From the human T2T-CHM13v2.0 reference genome, Homo sapiens, in the NCBI GenBank assembly GCA_009914755.4, contig CP068257.2, forward strand, positions 21,184,001 to 21,248,000: DNA of 64,000 bases, written 5' to 3'. The notes under the pieces were generated by a model. It was not told where the DNA came from. It saw nothing but the letters and a program-made list of their open reading frames with translations, and made no database searches. Made by a program: the position numbers and the translations under genes. Positions 13,088 through 24,848 of the stretch are shown here, piece after piece. The number at the start of each line of letters is the position of its first letter. Positions within the stretch are counted from its first letter, which is position 1.

Positions 13088-15689
13088 TGAATAGTTAATA
13101 TTAGAGAAGATTTGGGTTAGCTTTACATATATACTAAAAAAAATGAAATCTCATTGTGAAGACATTTCATGAGCTAAAACAACAACAAAAAAATACAATC
13201 TGTTGTGCTGTATTCCTGAAGTGTAGAATTTAAAATATTTATTTGCTATTAATTTTCATAGAAAAAAGTACAAGAAATCAGGCTGTTCCACTACATATAT
13301 GAACAGATAGATAAAATTATTTCAAAAACAGGGTAAAGCTGTACAATTTTTAAATGCAATTTTGTGAATACTATTTGGGAAACTTTGGTTTACACACGCT
13401 GGTTTCTATCATGTTTGAGCATCAAGGTAGAATTTAAATGATGTCAATACAGAAGTCTCTAAAGGAAGCAAGGATTATATTTATGCTTTCTATGATCTGG
13501 CTTTAGAAACTGCACATCCTACATATTACTAATGTTTTCACAACAAACAAATCAGCAAAACAAATTTTCCGAAGTTTTACATTGTGTATCTTCCCATAAC
13601 AACATAATTACCATTGTCATTTAAAATAATAGGGAGCTATTTATGTTTGTATTTTCATGTCTGACTTAATATAAATAAAGCTGTACCAAAAAATTTGCGA
13701 TGAATTGGATAGCTATTTAGAATCTTGTATTTAGAGACTTAACATTTATTGCAAAATTATACATACATACGTAATTTTTATGCATGCAATGTGTATTCCT
13801 ATAAGATGGAAGTTAAATTGAATAACATTATGAGATTTGTAAAATGACAGTGGATCTAAAATAATCCATTATAATGTCCATTTTACATCTCCTTTATTCT
13901 ACTTGATAGTGATTTACAACAGAAAACAACAATGTTTTATTATGTATTCAAACATAGCCTTCTTGATAGAAAATATTTATTAGGTTATCCAGCATTATAC
14001 TGCATAGAATACATAAACATTCATTTTTCAATTCATGTTAATGTTTTGTATGAAATCTGTTAAAGGAAAACAAATCTTGGTAAGTATATCAATAATATAC
14101 TGTATATGATTCCAAATAAATAAACAAAATTGAAGAAATATGTAGAATAGTAAAGTACAATTAAGAAATACAAAAGGGCATACAAAATATATGCTTTGTA
14201 AATAGCAGGACATTCTAGCTCTAGCACAATAAAAATGTAAAGTTTGTCTCTAAGAACATAGATAAAATTTCAACTAGACAATAAGTAGTTAAATTACACA
14301 ATAAAAATTATAAACAAAGTAAAAGTTAAATGTGCATAAGCACCTTCACAACACATAAACAAATCAATAATTGCCTAAACCACTTTTAATTTTTAACATG
14401 CACAAACTGAAATATAAAATAATTAATGTTAAAATATAACAAAACATTATTTGATAAACTAATCATCCAGTATTACTAAACTAAAGCTTAAGTTTGAGTT
14501 TATTTATTGCTTAACCCTCGTAGATTTTTCTTTACATACTGAAAGTACATTTTAAGTAAGAAAAAAAGGTAGGTTGTCAAAGGGTAATTGATTTTAACAT
14601 TAAATTTTTGTTTTACTGAGAAATTTAAATGTTCTAATTCAGCACTCCAAAATATTAAATACTAATTTTTAAAAATTAGCAGTGTTTTGCCTTCATTTAT
14701 ATTGTTTTTCTATCTGAGAGTTAATGAAGTTGAAGCGAGTTTTTCTTGACCACCATAATGACTAAATTTCTGTTGGACATAGCAATGGAAATTAATAAAG
14801 TTTTAATAGAACGAATATTTCATTCCTTGTTAAAGACATGATGGAATACTTTAAAAGAAAGGAAGATTGCTACTAGATATACATAAAACAATGCTAGTGA
14901 ATATATATCACAGGGGAGGGCAAAATTTTGTCTCTTTCCTCTTAGAGTTCTTTTGCTGAGTGTCAGAATTAAACTGACATAAGACGGACCAACAGGTAAA
15001 AAGTATGCAAATCTAGTTAATATAGGTTTTATGTGACACAGGAGTCTTCATAAGGAAATGGGAGATGGAAAAGATCCAAAGACAGTTACAGCTGATCACT
15101 TATATACTGAATTAGACAAGGAGTAATAAGTTACAAAAATGCGACAAGTAACAGGGGCTTTTACTCAACACATCAGAGCAGCATATTCTAGGGTGGCATC
15201 TTCTTAACTCATTTCATATTAAAAAAGTAAAAAAGAGGGTGAACTGCATATATCCAAAGAGACAGGAAATATAATTGTTCTAGTATTAATTTTATATTTG
15301 CTATATTTCAAGTACTGTTTGAAACACATCGCATGTGCAAATGTATTTAGTAGTCACAAGAATCTTATGCTATAAGTACTTTTACTTGATTTCTTCACTA
15401 TAACCTGTCCAAAGTCAAAGCATTAGTAGGTTCTGGAGTAAAGATTCTAGTCTACACACTTTGGCTCAAAAGCAACTGCTTCGTAGTGTAGTGTACTTAT
15501 TCCAAACAACAGAATCTTCAAATACATTTAACAACTGTTTTATTTTTTACTTGTCTTTTAATTAGATTATGTGAAAAATAAAGTTAGTGAGCGCTATCAC
15601 TGTTTATATTTTTTAAGCTGAATGTTTTCAAAAAACTCAGAGTGATGGGTATGAAGATTTAAAGGAAGCACTGGGATCACATTGTTCCA

Positions 15690-16100
15690 GGATTCTTTGC
15701 TCCTTAGTTAAGCTAAAATCCAGGTTCTTGTGTCATAATCGGGAAAAATTAGGCACAAGGACACATTGAAAGCTGAGGAGAGCAGAATGTATTAAAAGAA
15801 AGAGCTCAGTGAAATAAAGGGGTCCTGCCAACAGGTTCCCACCTCACAGATTGAATACTAGGCCAGCACATGCAAGCAGAAGAGGCCAGGCTCCTCCTCC
15901 CTGCAGAAGACTTGAATTCCCAGGGACTCCACCCCATTCTCCCAGCAGCAGGTGGGCCCTTAGCCTGAGCCACTCCACGGTGATTTATTGTTGTTACTGC
16001 ACATGTGTTAAGGGACAGAATTTTTCACCATGGGCATGATTAGGCAAAGCCCCCAGTACACAATGACGTGGTAGCATTTGGCTGTCTCCTGCCTCTATCA
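15690..16100 (+). repeat. Unclassified LTR-like interspersed repeat, copy 1 of 3 in this window
   Basis: ~400 bp sharing long blocks with 21005-21440 and 63012-63770 (tgctccttagttcagctaaaatcc…gaggagagcagaat…ggtcctgccaacagg…cctcacagattgaata…gagccactcc…tgcacatgtgttaagggacagaatttttcaccatgggcatg…tggctgtctcct…ctatca). Begins with a TG-rich motif and ends in …tatca. I cannot name the family. Confidence 0.6.
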
Positions 16101-18194
16101 TTTGCCCCTCAAAAGAAGTGCATATAACTGCTGTTAGAATAAAGATAAGGATAAAGATGAAGAATGATCTGATGACAGGGGGTGCTGTTTTGGGAACACA
16201 GGAGTCAGAGCTCCCTCAGAGGCCTAACTTTCTCCTGCAAAAGGAGCCATTGTCTGAGGCTCTGATTGCAGACTCCGGTTGCATGACTGGAGTTTGATGG
16301 CCTGAAGGTGACAAGAGACAAACCTCATTATTAGAAAACACGTATCAGAAAGAAACAAGGGGGGTAGAGACAGCTAAAAAATATCAAGGCCTTTTACCGA
16401 TTTGCACACTAAGAGGAAGGCCAAGAGCCCGACTGGTTAAAAAAAAACAGTTTACCCTTTTGCTGGCATGTTAAGCTTCTGGATTCCCTTCCCCTGAGCC
16501 CAATCCTAAACCAACCAGTTTAAGGTTTGGGAAATTAACTTTTCCCAGTTTGGAGGATGCATCTGAGGGGAGTGTCCCATAGTACAGAGACACAATTACC
16601 TAACTGTGAAGAGAGGGCAAAGGAGGAAAAAGAAGGTGTTTTTTTCAAAGGAGTCCCAGGGGTTCAGGATGCCTTAGAAAGGGGTACAGACTGAAGATGA
16701 GGGGCTACTCATCTAGAAAGAGGGGAGCAAGTCATCCCAGGTTCCAGAGATGAAGGAGGGAAATTAAGGCATTCCTCTTTCCTTCTTCCTTTAGTCCCAG
16801 TAACCATGACAGGGTGCCACCCATCGGTGTCAAAGTGGCTCTCACCCATGTTAATAGGGGGCCATGGGGTTCGAATATCTGCTCTTACCCACGTACACCC
16901 TGTCTCCCCTGCTGTCAATAATCTTCGAGTTCCCTAGACCTCATTTATGCCATAGGTACTAGCATTACCTTTATTCATCAAACGGGAGGCTTGGCTTAAT
17001 TGGCAGGAATTAGTAATGCTCCCTGCACTGTGCCTTTTAACTTCCATTATCATCTGCCTCTGGATCCCTCAGATCCAGTTTTCCACCCAACCGCCCCTGG
17101 GGCTTCAACCCAAAGCTTAGAATTGAGTTTGGGACAAAATTGTGTCTTAGGGGGGTTGCATGAACTCCTTATAAGCCAAATGCTAAGGTAAAGCTGTGGA
17201 ATTGAGTCCTCCTCCAACAAAGGAGAAAAAAAATGTCTTCTGACACACACAGATGACTGGTGGCTACAGTTATGCTTGCTAAGATTTGGGTGCATGGGAT
17301 TTGGCTTTGGTTAGCTCCCTCAGTCTTACTTTCCCAAAAAGGTAACCTCAGGATTTTGGCACACTGTTTTTTTCCATCATTTCACAGGATTTGCAGGATA
17401 ATTGCTCAGAACTAGAATATTGATCCAGATTTTTACATTACCAATTCCTTTCATTCTTTCTGAGCTGCAGCTAAAGATCACTGGTTTGTTCATAGGAATA
17501 ACCAGGGTTAGTTTAAAATGTAGGCAAGAAACTTAAAAATAACTAATGAGTTAAGAATTTAATGACAAATGTATGGTAAGTTTTGAAACATAATTTCTCT
17601 CTCTTCAGTCCTCATTTCTGTTAAAAACAAATCATGACAGGACTGAGTTGTTTGGAAAATAGAGTTTAGTTTTATACTTGGCCTGATTATTTGCATAAAG
17701 TGCAGCAAGAATAATTATTTCTACATAGGCTTTTAAAATTGGCTTTGATGGAAATCTGTTCTAGAAGGGATCTCAGATAGGACTTTCTAAAGTGGAGCCC
17801 AGACATGGGTTTGTACCCTCAAATACCTGTGAATTGAGTGAACTCCTCTCTTCTTGAGGTGCCAAAAACATGGGGTTCCTGGGCCTTTTAGAAAGTGACA
17901 TACTTTACTCACCACAGGTTTAGAAACCATGTATGGGAAATGCGTAGACAAAGCATGAGGCAAGTTTTCCCAAGGGGCTTTTATCAGCTCTGCAAGTAGA
18001 GCTTGACTCCTTAAAGGGAAGCATATCATTCCAGTGAAAGCCTTCATAAAATGACCAGTTTCTCCAATTGCGTCCTGTTACAAAAGAAGGTGGATTCTTA
18101 TTGCACTGATGCAAACAATTGTATGCCATAAGTTAAGAATATTCACAACTAGTTTCCAAACTCTGGAGAAGCCAAGCAAAGAGAGAGAGAAAGA

Positions 18195-18465
18195 AGGTCA
18201 GGCGTGGTGGCTCACGCTTGTAATCCCAGCACTTTGGGAGACTGAGGCGGGTGGATCATGAGGTCAAGAGAGCGAGACCATCCTGGCCAACATGGTGAAA
18301 CCCCATCTCTACTAAAAATACAAAAATTAGCTGGGTGTGGTGGTGTGCACCTGTAGTTGCAGCTAACCTGGAGGCTGAGGCAGGAGAATTACCTGAACTG
18401 GGGAGGCAGAGGTTGCACAACTGCACTCCAGCCTGGCAACAGAGTGAGACTCTGTCTCAAAAACA
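18195..18465 (+). mobile_element. Alu SINE followed by a (TA)n tail microsatellite
   Basis: ggtcaggcgtggtggctcacgcttgtaatcccagcactttgggagactgaggcgggtggatcatgaggtcaagag … gcctggcaacagagtgagactctgtctcaaaaacaaaatatatatatatatat. Confidence 0.92.
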
Positions 18466-18585
18466 AAATATATATATATATATATGACCTCAGGAAAATT
18501 AAACCTCATTTTGGCAACCCCAAATACTTAAACATGTCAGGTAATCCTGTTTAGCTCCTTTCTGGATCCTCCAGGGGCTCTCTGT

Positions 18586-18830
18586 AGAAGACTCTGTGGG
18601 CACATGGCACATGGCAATGAATACTGGCCATCCTGCTGTGTGGGACCTTTGGGCCATGAGTCTCAGCCATGGCTGGCAGGGAAGAGAGTGGGAAGCCATC
18701 AATTTTGGCAGAACACCCCCAATATTGCAAATGAAAAGATAGGTGCCATTACAGTCCTGAAGAAAAGGAAAATGCCATAGAAAAGACTGGATCAGATCAA
18801 GGCTGACATATCAGACCCTTGAGAGCAAGC
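18586..18830 (+). repeat. Local duplicated segment, copy a (paired with 20636-20868)
   Basis: gaagactctgtgggcacatggca…ctggcca…cctg…tgggccatgagtctcagcc…tggcagggaagaga…tgggaagc…ccaattttggcagaacac…caatattgcaaatgaaaagataggtgccattacagtcctgaa…aaagga…aatgccatagaaaagactggatcagatc…aggctga…tcagaccc…tgagagcaa is shared with the second copy at roughly 85-90% identity. Confidence 0.85.
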
Positions 18831-20389
18831 CAAGCATCTGGAAAGACAATTTTGAAAGTGAAGTTTGATTTGAGGAAGCCTGTTAAACATGTTAGAGGTT
18901 TAAAAGACTTGATGTTATGAAATAGAATTCCAGATTACCAGAAATTATTTATTTTGCCAAAATGATGACTCAAATTTTTTTTTAAAAAACAAAAACATTT
19001 TATAAGCCTTTTAAATTTAGTCAACGTTCACACACAGAATTTCTTTTGCAAGATTAATTTCTTAAGGAACTTTCCATATCTTGTTTAAACTTTTAGCTTT
19101 ATATTATCTACTTAAAAAAACTTCTTTAACCCCAGGCAAAAATTTACATTTTGGTGACATCTACATTTTACCAATAATCTTTAAGTTTGCTTTTATTTCA
19201 TGAAGATTAAAGTCACCTGAACCAACAGGTACCACAGCTTTATCTTCCATTTAAAAAGTATTTGAGCTAAGCACTTATTTTCCTTTTAAGCCAATTAATT
19301 AGAGCTCCTTTGATAGACATCACACACAACACATATGTAACTACACAGACAGAAGAAGATCCAGTTGCGATAAGATTTTTTGTTTGCCAATCTCCTAATT
19401 GGATTATAGGCTTCCAGGTGGAGCCCTTTAACTGTAAGGGTAGGAAAGTATGCAGTTTCTAGGGCCCAATACACAAGTATAGCTGGAAGACAAACACGAA
19501 TTTTTAGAAGAATCCATCTGCCTCTAATTCCTGGGGCTCCATGAGGTAAACAGAGGTCTCTCACAAAGGAATCCATGGTGCCTTTTCTGTTTTTCCCAAG
19601 GAGTCCCAAGCCATCAGAAATTATCTTAGGGTCCCTAATGTGTGCATTAGGAGCGCCAAGACAAAATGGAGAAAAATAATTCAGTCAACTGAGAAAAAAA
19701 CCTTTTTCCAGCAAAACAAGATCCAAGAAGAGAAAAACATAAAAGCCTTTTAAATATACCTATAACTTGGATACCCACTATTAATTAAGCTGATCATTCT
19801 TTAAGAAAATACTTTTAAAACCTTTATTACCCCACTTTAGCTGATGCCAAGCGGACAATATTTTTGGCTTTCACATTTTACCAAAGGTAACCTCCCAGGT
19901 GCTCAGAGAACCCTCCCAGGTTCATGGAGGGGAAGAAAATCAATAAATGGCAAAGTTCATGCATATATCAAACCAGAAAGGACTCATTCCTTAGGCCAGG
20001 ATTGAATACTGGCTGCCACTGTAAAATGGCAGAGGCTAAAACAAAGCACTACCACATGGTTCTCCCAAGGATATAAAACAAGCTAGAGGCCTACAGCAAA
20101 GTTTGCTACTGACCAGTTTACCAGGCTAATTTTAACAGAGGGCTTATGGAGTCCGAGGCCCACATCCCATCCTAAGGTACCTGTCTTTTTGACAGAACCA
20201 TACAGGAAGACATGCAAAGCACATCAGATTGGTTAAAGTCTAAGACCAACCTCACAAATCCTTTTTCATACTCAAAACTTTGCAGAGAATATAAACAGTG
20301 ATAGTTGGGGTCCTGGCCTAGTAAAACATCTTCTAAAAGGAAAAAAGCCTCTGCCATAGAGAGCCCTCTCTACTTGCAGGGCTGTGTTA

Positions 20390-20468
20390 TTAGGTTGGTG
20401 CAAAAGCAATCACCTCCCCTGCCATCTAAGTAATGGCAAAAACCACAACTGCTTTGCACCAATACACC
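20390..20468. mobile_element. MADE1 / Hsmar1-derived MITE (degenerate)
   Basis: ttaggttggtgcaaaagcaatcacctcccctgccatctaagtaatggcaaaaaccacaactgctttgcaccaatacacc resembles the palindromic MADE1 consensus (TTAGGTTGGTGCAAAAGTAATTGCGG…CCGCAATTACTTTTGCACCAACCTAA). Confidence 0.7.
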
Positions 20469-20635
20469 AACTCCTGACCTGGTGGAAAAAAAGTTAAAAA
20501 AAAAAGTTTAAATTGCAGGGCTGCAAGGATTCTTGGGGTTTGAACCTCTTATTCTTATGTGAGTGGGTTCCTCCAATAGGGAGAGAAACTTTTAATTGCT
20601 GTTGAACTGAGCTGGACCTCTCGGTCAGGCAAGGG

Positions 20636-20868
20636 GAAGACTCTGTGGGCACATGGCAAGGAATGCTGGCCAGCCTGCCACATCGGGCCCTTGGGCCATG
20701 AGTCTCAGCCGTGCCTGGCAGGGAAGAGATTGGGAAGCTGCCAATTTTGGCAGAACACTGTCAATATTGCAAATGAAAAGATAGGTGCCATTACAGTCCT
20801 GAAATAAAGGAGAATGCCATAGAAAAGACTGGATCAGATCGAGGCTGATATCAGACCCCTGAGAGCAA
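20636..20868 (+). repeat. Local duplicated segment, copy b (paired with 18586-18830)
   Basis: See copy a. Copy b lies ~130 bp upstream of LTR-like repeat copy 2. Confidence 0.85.
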
Positions 20869-21004
20869 CACCCTGGGATAGGGGGATGCAGCTTTCTCTA
20901 CCCTCAGAAGTCTGAGGACAAGAAGGCTCAGAAATGAGAGGGGAAAAGATTTTTTTGGTCCACACTTTACTCATCTTTCATCATGTCCCTGTACAGGCCA
21001 CCAA

Positions 21005-21440
21005 AATGATGCAGGGTTTTTTGCTCCTTAGTTCAGCTAAAATCTGGCTTTTAGTGTCACAACCAGGGAAAATGAGGCACAGAGACACACTGAAAGGTGA
21101 GGAGAGCAGAATTTAATAAAAGAAAGGTCTCTGTATAAAAAAGGGGTCCTGCCAACAGGCTCCCTCCTCACAGACTGAATACCAGGCCACCACCACACTG
21201 CGAGCTGCAGAGGCCAGGCTCCTCCCACCTGCCTAAGGTGTGAATTCCTGCTGGCTCCACCCTATTCTCCCCGTGTGCAGGCAAGCCCTCAGTCTGAGCC
21301 ACTCCGCATTGATTTACTTCCCTTACTGCGCATGTGTTAAGAGACAGAATTTTTCACTATGGGCATGGTTAGGCAAGCCCCCTGTGCACAATCACCTGGG
21401 CAGGATTTGGCTGTCTCCTGTCTTTATCGATATGAGGGTT
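21005..21440 (+). repeat. Unclassified LTR-like interspersed repeat, copy 2 of 3
   Basis: Shares the same blocks as copy 1 and copy 3 in the same orientation (gctccttagttcagctaaaatctgg…gaggagagcagaatttaataaaagaaag…ggtcctgccaacaggctccctcctcacagactgaata…gagccactccgcattgatttacttcccttactgcgcatgtgttaagagacagaatttttcactatgggcatg…tggctgtctcctgtctttatcga). A purine-rich run (agaaatgagaggggaaaag) lies ~70 bp upstream. Confidence 0.6.
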
Positions 21441-22348
21441 AAGAAAATTCACAAAGAGAATATCCCTCTCGCATCATCGATACATTTTGGTGAAATGTTC
21501 AGTGGCACATATCTTCCAGGACCTTGCTAAACATACTTTTGCTAAGCCAATCACTTTTAAGGTGTATTTCTGGCTATAAAGCATTTAAAAAAGGTTCCGT
21601 GTTATCCTGGATTTTTATTTGATACTTATTTATACACTTTAATGTTATCGGTCATAAGATTGTATGCTATCATTTTGTGGATCACTATTCATACAGAGAA
21701 AACAAATTTACAGGTGAAATTCTGCAGAAGACATTTGGTGAAATCACATTTTATGCAAGAATGTACAATTAATGTTCCATCACTAAAATAAGAATATGCT
21801 ACCTCCCTTTGAAATATGGAATACATTTTAAAATAAATAACTCAGATGAAGAAGCATAATATTGAGATGGCATTATCAGTAAGTTTTATCCAAAAGTTAT
21901 AAATCATGTTTCACCTGAATGTATTTAACCTATTCCAATGCTCCCATTATGTTTGAATAATGGAGCAAAATCACATATTTCCACTGATTCATTAGTCTTT
22001 CGGAAAGTGACAAATTTGAAAGATTACTCTGACATGAAATACATACAATTTTATGCAAATACATAATTTAGTTCCATTTTATAGCATATACTGTTAGCTG
22101 AAATAAAAACGGTTACATAGAGAACACCATTGTGGATGCTACACTGGAGAGGTGTTCAAAAAAGGCATCATGTGAAGTATTTCAAACTTTGTTAATTCAT
22201 TATGCTGATAAATTCAGACAGTTAAATTTGCTTTCACACATATTTAGCCTATACTGTTACATTTCAGGTTAAAAGAGAATAAAACTAAGATGTATTATAA
22301 GCACTGTCATATCAATTTTATTAAGAAATTTTCTCCCAAAATGTCTAG

Positions 22349-22644
<296 letters not shown>

Positions 22645-24467
22645 CTAGTTTACTTTTTCTAAGCTGTGACCATACGAAGTGGAGTGATGAAAATCTAGAT
22701 AATTCTAGGTAACATCATTGCACCTAAAACGTAAAATAAATGCTAATAGAGATGATCAGGTTCAATTATATTAATTTTTTTTCTATTTCCATATTACTCT
22801 TTGTTGATAAATCTGTAGCATTATTTATTTTAAAAAACACTTTCAGAGTAAGACAAGTTATAAAAATATGCAAGTTGATTCTATCATTGCCTCCATATGT
22901 ATTTTCACAAATTTGGAATAAATTCTTATTTATTGGAATATAGTATGTATGTATGTATTTGCATATAGATTACATAAATTATTCACATAGAAGTGCATTC
23001 ATGAGAGAGAATGTATGAATAAAGAAAAACAAAATATATAAAAAAATAACAATCTGCAGAACCCTAGAATTCAAGATGAAGACATTTCTTGAACTGAATT
23101 CTGTATGTAACAGGATCAGAATTCCTTAAAGCTCATATTGTAATACAGCTACAAGTTGTATTGGATCAGAATTTTTAAGGCTGGAGCCTATTTTAAAGAT
23201 TCAACTATTGCGATTGAGTCACAGTGAGATGAAATTTTAAAAAGATTTCAAGGAATTATAATTATCTACCTAACTTTACCCCAAGTTAGTCTGTTTTCTG
23301 TATTGAGCTGCCATAAGATTTAAACTTAAAATACATTAATTTGCTTTAAATACTAAATTCAATGACATTTCTGATGTTTAGTGTACTATAAAAATTGTTT
23401 GGGAATATAAAGGTGAATTAAAAATGTTTCTTATTTCTGTAAACCTCTATCTCTTAAAATCGAAAAAGCTAAGAATAGTTAAATGCAATTTCACAATTAC
23501 ATACAAAGTTTTCTGGGGTCAAAAATGGAAAAGATATAGCATAATATAAGGAACAGTTGGCATTTGACTTATACCTTGTGTAATGTATTAATAATTGACC
23601 ATAAAATATAATTAAATACCTGCTGTGTACAGGCACTGTACTTGGTAAACAAAAATGGAACAACAAACATAGATTAAAAACCAAATGTTATAACAATTGA
23701 AAACACAGATTAGTTAAAATTTCAACTCTTCCACCTAATAGCACTGAGATCTCAGAATACCTGGGTTCCAATGTGGACTCCATTACCAAGAAACAGTGAG
23801 AAATTTATACAAATGATACACATCTGCAAAACATGGATCAAAATTCTTGTCCTGAGAATTGTTACAAGTATTAAAGCATGCAAATAGGTTACAAAATGCT
23901 TGCAGAGAGAGTAAGCACACAATAAATGACAATTATAATACTGTTGTAAAAGAAACACTGCTTCTATTCATATCATCTTTTCTAAGACTCCAGTGCTAAT
24001 GAGTTCTTCCTTACATGAAGGTTTCACAGGAGGGATTTGACATGATTTAATTATGATTGCTCCCTGGTTGACGGCAATTATAAGCACTATCAAATTGTAA
24101 GATGCGTCTCCATTTTATTAATGTTAAATGTGCAAAAATATGTTTTAGAATTGATAAAACTGGGTAATGTTAAGAGTAATACTATTAGCAATTTGATGAC
24201 AGCCATTCTTCTAAGAAACTTTAATGGGGTAAATGGAACATAGTGTGTTAGCCATAGTCTTGGAATGGTGATAGGTTTGAATCAGTGAACAGCATTCAGT
24301 AACTATGTAAACCTGAGAAAATCTTATCTCGTAAGGTAGTTATAAGAATTAAAATATAACAATGCATGGATATACTCAGCGTATTATTTGACACTTTCAT
24401 GGCTTAAATATTGCTTTAAAAAGTTAGGGATGTGAAAATATTCACATGTTATTATGAGTACAGCCTA

Positions 24468-24848
24468 TGGTCTGAATGTGTTCCCTGTAATTCATTTGTT
24501 AAAAATTTTATTTCCAATGCAACTGTATTGGGAGGTAGGGCATCTGGGGAGGTGTTTAGGTGATGAGGGCTCCACTCTCATGAATGGATTGATGCTGTTG
24601 TAAAAAGGGCTAGCAGGAGTGGATTCCTTTTCTCCTCATGTTCTACCATGTGAGGACACAGCACTCTTCCCCTTTTTGCCCTTTTTGTCTGCAATCATGA
24701 GAAAACACAGCAAGTTGGTCCTCACCAGATGCCGGATGTCTTGATCTTGAACCTCCCAGACTACAGAATTGTGACAAATAAATTTCTGCTTTTTATAAAT
24801 TACCCAATCTAACATATTTTTATAGCAGAACACAACAGACTAAGACAG
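24468..24848 (+). mobile_element. MaLR-type LTR (MLT1/MST-like), probably solo
   Basis: tgaatgtgttccc…gggaggtagggcatctggggaggtgtttaggtgatgagggctccactctcatgaatggattgatgc…catgtgaggacacagc…ccagatgccggatgtcttgatcttgaacctcccagactacagaattgtgacaaataaatttctgctttttataaattacccaatctaacatatttttatagcagaacacaacagactaagaca; these are canonical MaLR LTR motifs. Confidence 0.7.

Noticed and set aside
16709-18129. Minus-strand ORFs inside the interval bracketed by the LTR-like repeats (e.g. …GESHFDTDGWHPVMVTG…, …CLHQCNKNPPSFVTGRNW…) as possible retroviral protease/integrase remnants
   Set aside because: The DTDG and H..C..C resemblances are too short and not in the canonical spacing of retroviral PR (DTGA) or the IN HHCC finger. 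The ORFs would also be antisense to the LTR-like repeats as oriented. I do not call a coding remnant without a profile search.
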